From assembly GCF_009914755.1 (NCBI RefSeq), contig NC_060930.1: 64,000 nt of DNA; one strand, written 5' to 3'. Positions within the stretch are counted from its first letter, which is position 1. Each line of letters starts with the position of its first letter. Made by a program: the position numbers and the translations under genes. Shown here piece by piece: positions 56,062-64,000 of this stretch. The notes under the pieces are model-generated. The model was not told the origin of the DNA. It did not search any database and saw nothing but the letters and a program-made list of their open reading frames with translations. The stretch comes from the human T2T-CHM13v2.0 reference genome, Homo sapiens.

Positions 56062-58463
56062 TGATACAAGAGATAGAAAAATTATTTAGGCAGATAGTGA
56101 GGGTAAAATAGTCCTCAGCAGAGCTCCTCTTCTAACAAAAAGTGGTTCAATTTTTTTTTTTCTTTTTTTGAGATGGAGTTTCGCTCTTGTTGCCCAGGCT
56201 GGAGTGCAATGGGGAGCAATCTCGGCTCACTGCAAGCTCTGCCTCCCAGGTTCAAGCGATTCTTCTGCCTCAGCCTCCTGAGTAGCTGGGAATACAGGCA
56301 TGTGCCACCACACCCAGCTAATTTTGTATTTTTAGTAGAGACGGGGTTTCTCCATGTTGGTCAGGCTGGTCTCAAACTCTTGACCTCAGGTGATCTGCCT
56401 GCCTTGGCCTCCCAAAGTGCTGGGATTACAGGCATGAGCCACGGCCTTTTTTTTTTTTTTCTCTAACAAAAAGCAGCCTGAAAGATCAGCTGCAAACATA
56501 GATAAGGAAGCTGGAAGCTTGCATGGAGGGATGCTAGCAGCTGCACAAAAAGAAATGGGCTACCTGGGGGCCAGCCATGTCCACCATGGGGGTTCCACCT
56601 CCCCACTTTTTTAGCACATACACAGTAAGAAAGAAATGGGCAACATGGACAAGCTCAGGCAGAGAACCCATCTGCACAATAAAAGATTGGGGTGGGGCTG
56701 CCAGAGATTCACGCCCTATGTAGATGGCACCCCAGGTCCTATGTTTTTCATGCCCTATGCAAATCAGACACCGCCTCCCGACTAGTTCATCTATAAAAAC
56801 ACCTGCATTTCATCACAGATCTGCAACCCATTTTTCTGGGACCCCTCTCTGTAGCAGAGAGATATTCTCTTTTTTTCATCTATTAAATTCACACTCTTTT
56901 TTTTTTTCAAACATGTGTACTTTTGCTTTTATTCAAAAGTTCTGCTGGATTCATTTCAAGATTAAGGAACACAGTATGACAGTCAGCCAAGAACTTAATT
57001 TTAGTGTACAAACTGCTTTAAACTACATATACGTTTTCAGAGTTAGGGAAATATAATATAGTGTCCTTCAGTTTAAATGTTGAGAAAAACTTTGCAAACA
57101 TACAGAAGAAAAATAATTTTTATATATGTTCCTTTGGTTCACTAAACTTTCTCCTTTTTGGTACTGACTCTTGACTAGAAGAATGCGAGTGATGGAGCAC
57201 TATTCTCCCAGATTCATGTTGACTTCTCTTCCGAATTTCTTTGGAAGATGTTACTGGTTGATTTCCATTTGCCATTATTCTGAAAGACTTTCCACTTCTT
57301 GTTTTGCTTTCAGACATATCAAGTTCCGATGTTTTATTGACTAACTGCTCAACCTGAGAATGAGAAATGGAAAGATCTGAACTTTTTTTATACCTCACAA
57401 TTTCATCATCCTCACAAACTAAACTTGGTTCTCCGAGTTCAGAAAATCGAGGGGTTTTTTTTTTCCTGCTCTTCCATTTTAGTTTCAATGTCCAAATCAT
57501 CACTTGTATAATGCGCCTGGTCATCTTCTGCATCTTTGTCCCTCAGGATTTTGTGAAGTTTTGTTTTTATTTGTTTTAGTGATAGTATAGTTGAATAAAT
57601 ATTTTCCATTCGTTCTCTCTCAGTGGTCACTTTTACTTTGAAGGTGGGAAAAGGTGTTGAGACTTCGCCCACATTTAAATACATAAGTTCCCCTTCAAAT
57701 ATAACTCCTTCACAATCACCATCCTTAAAACCAGGAGGCTGGTAATCTGGGGGTGTAACTTCATCATAGTAAAAACGTTTCATGCTCAAACAAACATTAG
57801 GTAAAGGCCCCAGATTTTGCATTAGGGTATAAATCTTGCGAATTAGGAGAGTGCTTGCTTTCTCGGTGTCAGTACATAACATGCTAGACTCATTGCTTTG
57901 GCTTTCACTTATGAAGTCCATAAGTGGTCCATTATTGGTGTATTTGAATTTGAATTGGTAACATTCTGAAATTGTCTGAGGATCTTCTGGGTTTGTGTAT
58001 ATAGCTAGAACAGCCATGCTTAGATATTTTTTTCTGTAAAGCATCGTAACATCCTAGTATCCATTTCACTAACTGTGTAGATCCTGGGCAATTTTTATCT
58101 TCTCTCAGTATTTTGACACAAAGATCATCTAGATATCTGGTTCCATAAGCACATGCTGGAAATATTCCTCTCAAATACATGATACAGGATACTGAAACTG
58201 TGAGGAAACTCTTCACTAACACCAAAGACTGGTGTTCAGGTGGTATCTTATTGAGAAATACCAGTGCAGTCATGGAAGTCCTCTGCAACTGGGCAGTGGC
58301 CATCTTCTGATAAAATATTTTCTTTAATTCAAAATTATGTCTGAGGGGCAGGCGCCGGAAAATTCTCACTCTTAACCTCACTCTTTTTGTGTCCACATCT
58401 TTGATCTCCATGGTCATGAGACAACAAACCTCGGATGTTACTCCAGACAATGAAGCCTCTTCA
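56062..58463 (+). mobile_element. MER50 solo LTR containing an Alu (56150-56446, -) and the HORMAD1 retrocopy
   Basis: TGATACA...attatttaggcagatagtgaggg start, ...ttCA end, TSD ATAT (56058-56061, 58464-58467). Confidence 0.85.
56899..58359 (-). pseudogene. HORMAD1: HORMAD1 processed pseudogene (CDS remnant 58303-57120, frameshifted)
   Basis: MATAQLQRT...YLRGIFP...YYDEVTPPDYQPPGF...RRKFSEPKEHI across three ORFs. Intronless, with AATAAA (56928-56933), poly(A) (56897-56907) and 14-bp TSD aaattc[a/t]cactctt (56885-56898, 58360-58373). Confidence 0.96.
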
Positions 58464-58629
58464 ATATATTTTGAGGGTACATGTAATATTTTGATACCTG
58501 TATACAATGTGTAAAGATCAAATCAGGGTAATTGGGATATCCATCACCTCAAACATTTATCTTTTCTTTGTACCACATTTTCTGTATCCATTCATCCACT
58601 GATGGACACTTAGGTTAATTCCAATATTT

Positions 58630-62030
<3,401 letters not shown>

Positions 62031-64000
62031 TGATTCCATATCTTGACTATTGTGAATAGTGTTGCAATAAACACAGGAGTGCAGATATCTCTTCTCTATA
62101 CTGATTCCCTTTCTTTCTTTGAGGTATAACCAGTAGAGGGATTGCTGGATCATAGGTAGTTTCATTTTGAGGTTTTTGAGAAACCTCCATACTGTTTTGG
62201 CATAGTGGCTGTACTAATTTACATTCCCACTAATAATGGGATATGAGTGTTCTTCTTTCTCTTTATCTTTGCCAGCGTTTGTTATATTTTATCTTTTTGA
62301 TAAAAGCCATTCTAACTGGAGTGAAATATTATCTCATCATGGTTTTGATTTTCATTTCCCTGATGATTAGTGATGTTGAGCATTTTTTATATACCTGTTG
62401 GCCATTTGTAGGTCTTCTTTTAAGAAATGGCTATTCAGATATTTTGCCCATTATTTAATTGGGTCATTTGATTTTGCTGTAGAGTTATGTTCCTTACATA
62501 TTCTGTTTATTAATCCATTGTCAATTGGATAGTTGGCAAATATTTTCTCTCATATCTCTTCACTTTGTTGATTGTTTCCTTTGCTGTGCAGAGGATGTGA
62601 TGCCATTTCTGCTTTTGTTGTCTGTGCTTTTCAAATCTTACCAATAAAATATTTGCTCAAACCAATATCCTGAAGCATTCCCCAATGTTTTCTTCTAGTA
62701 TTTTCATAGTTTTGGGTCTTTGATTTAAGTCTTTAATCTATTTTGATTGCTGTAGTTGTTAAAGATTTTTCAGCTAATCTATAGCATTCCATAGTTTAAA
62801 TTACATAAGTGAGATGTTCATTTATTTTTATTTATTCTGTTTTAGGTTCACCACTTTATAGATTGCTTTTTTCATCACATCATCAAATTTCTCAATTTTT
62901 TTTCAAATATTGCCTCTACCTCATTCATATTCCTCTATTTCTAGAACTCCAACTTTTAAAATTAGATTAGAATTTTTTACTCTGTTCTACCTAACTCTTT
63001 TCTGTCATATTTCCTCTTTTTCTGATTGTGTTACTTTCTGAATAAATTCTTCAGATCCATCATCTAGTTCACTAATCTTCTCATGACATATTTAATCATC
63101 CATCATACCTAACCATTATTTATATTTCAATATTTTTTCCTTTCTGAAATTTTTACTTTGTTCTTTTTAAAGTCTGCTTGTTGCTTGTTAATTTTATAGC
63201 ACCTTGGTGTATTTTAATCCTCTCTTTTGAAGCCTATATATGTTAAAAATGCTAAGTGTTGCCATTTTATAGTGTGACTGATAAATCTAATATCTAAATG
63301 TTTTGCTAGTTTGAATTATTTATTTGTTTACTCTGCTGGTGCTCATTCATATTGCTGTGTTTCCTTGGGTGCTTGTGATTTTGGCAATTAACTTCCATTT
63401 ACTAGAACTTTCTCTGCAAGTATTCCTTGAGGCCTGGCTTGCTATTGGGTGGCTTGTTTTCATTTCCTTCTTTTAAGTTCCTGAGGATGCTACCAACCTG
63501 GTACACTTCTAAACTAAAACAGTATTAATAGCCTCTTTGAACTACCCAGATGATATGAATTCAATCTGCAATGCTTATGTACTGACCTATTAAATTATTA
63601 AGAAAACTTTAGTTCCCATAAATCTAATGCTAAGTTTTAATACAACTAGTTATTTTGTAATCTGTTTTCTATTAGCCCTCTTTATTCAGCTCCTTGGAGT
63701 TCTATGCCAGGAGAAACACCTATGAGACCCGAGAGAATCACCTATGAGACCCTACCTTGAGTAATTTTGTCTCTCGTTACTATCTGCCACTGCCCTACGA
63801 AAATTAAGGTTTAAGTTCATCTGAATGTTGGCAATTATGTTCAGGGGGATAGTTCCACTTGCCTGTCAGAATTATTTCATATTCGTTTTTGACCTCTGAG
63901 GGAGGCTGAATCAGAGTGCATCTTCTTCCACAATCCCAGAAACAGTCCTTATTATGTCAATTAGCGTGTGTATATGCACTTGCAAAAACACATATATATA

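Noticed and set aside
57120-58507. Functional HORMAD1 retrogene
   Set aside because: An early frameshift breaks the HORMA domain and a second follows; the upstream ORF extension is LTR sequence.

Overview
AT-rich, repeat-dense primate DNA (human or great-ape-like, judged from AluY and L1PA2-type elements). No intact host protein-coding gene is visible. There are three main items. (1) A full-length, TSD-flanked L1PA2/late-L1PA3-type LINE-1 (28796-34825, +) with ORF1, ORF2 and antisense ORF0 all open, nested in an old L1MC. (2) A processed HORMAD1 pseudogene (56899-58359, -) inserted in a MER50 LTR. (3) A chain of about 20 small minus-strand exon-like segments from about 42.8 kb down to 5 kb in the non-repetitive gaps, invisible to the ORF track. 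Many have canonical AG/GT sites. Their decayed translations line up, by eye and from memory, in collinear N-to-C order with the sperm Ca2+ channel auxiliary subunit CATSPERG. I interpret this as a fossil multi-exon gene for a divergent CATSPERG-like paralog; it needs an HMM/tBLASTn check. The rest is Alu, L1, ERV LTR, DNA transposon and MIR/L2 debris. Repeat subfamily names come from recalled consensus sequences, not from a database run.
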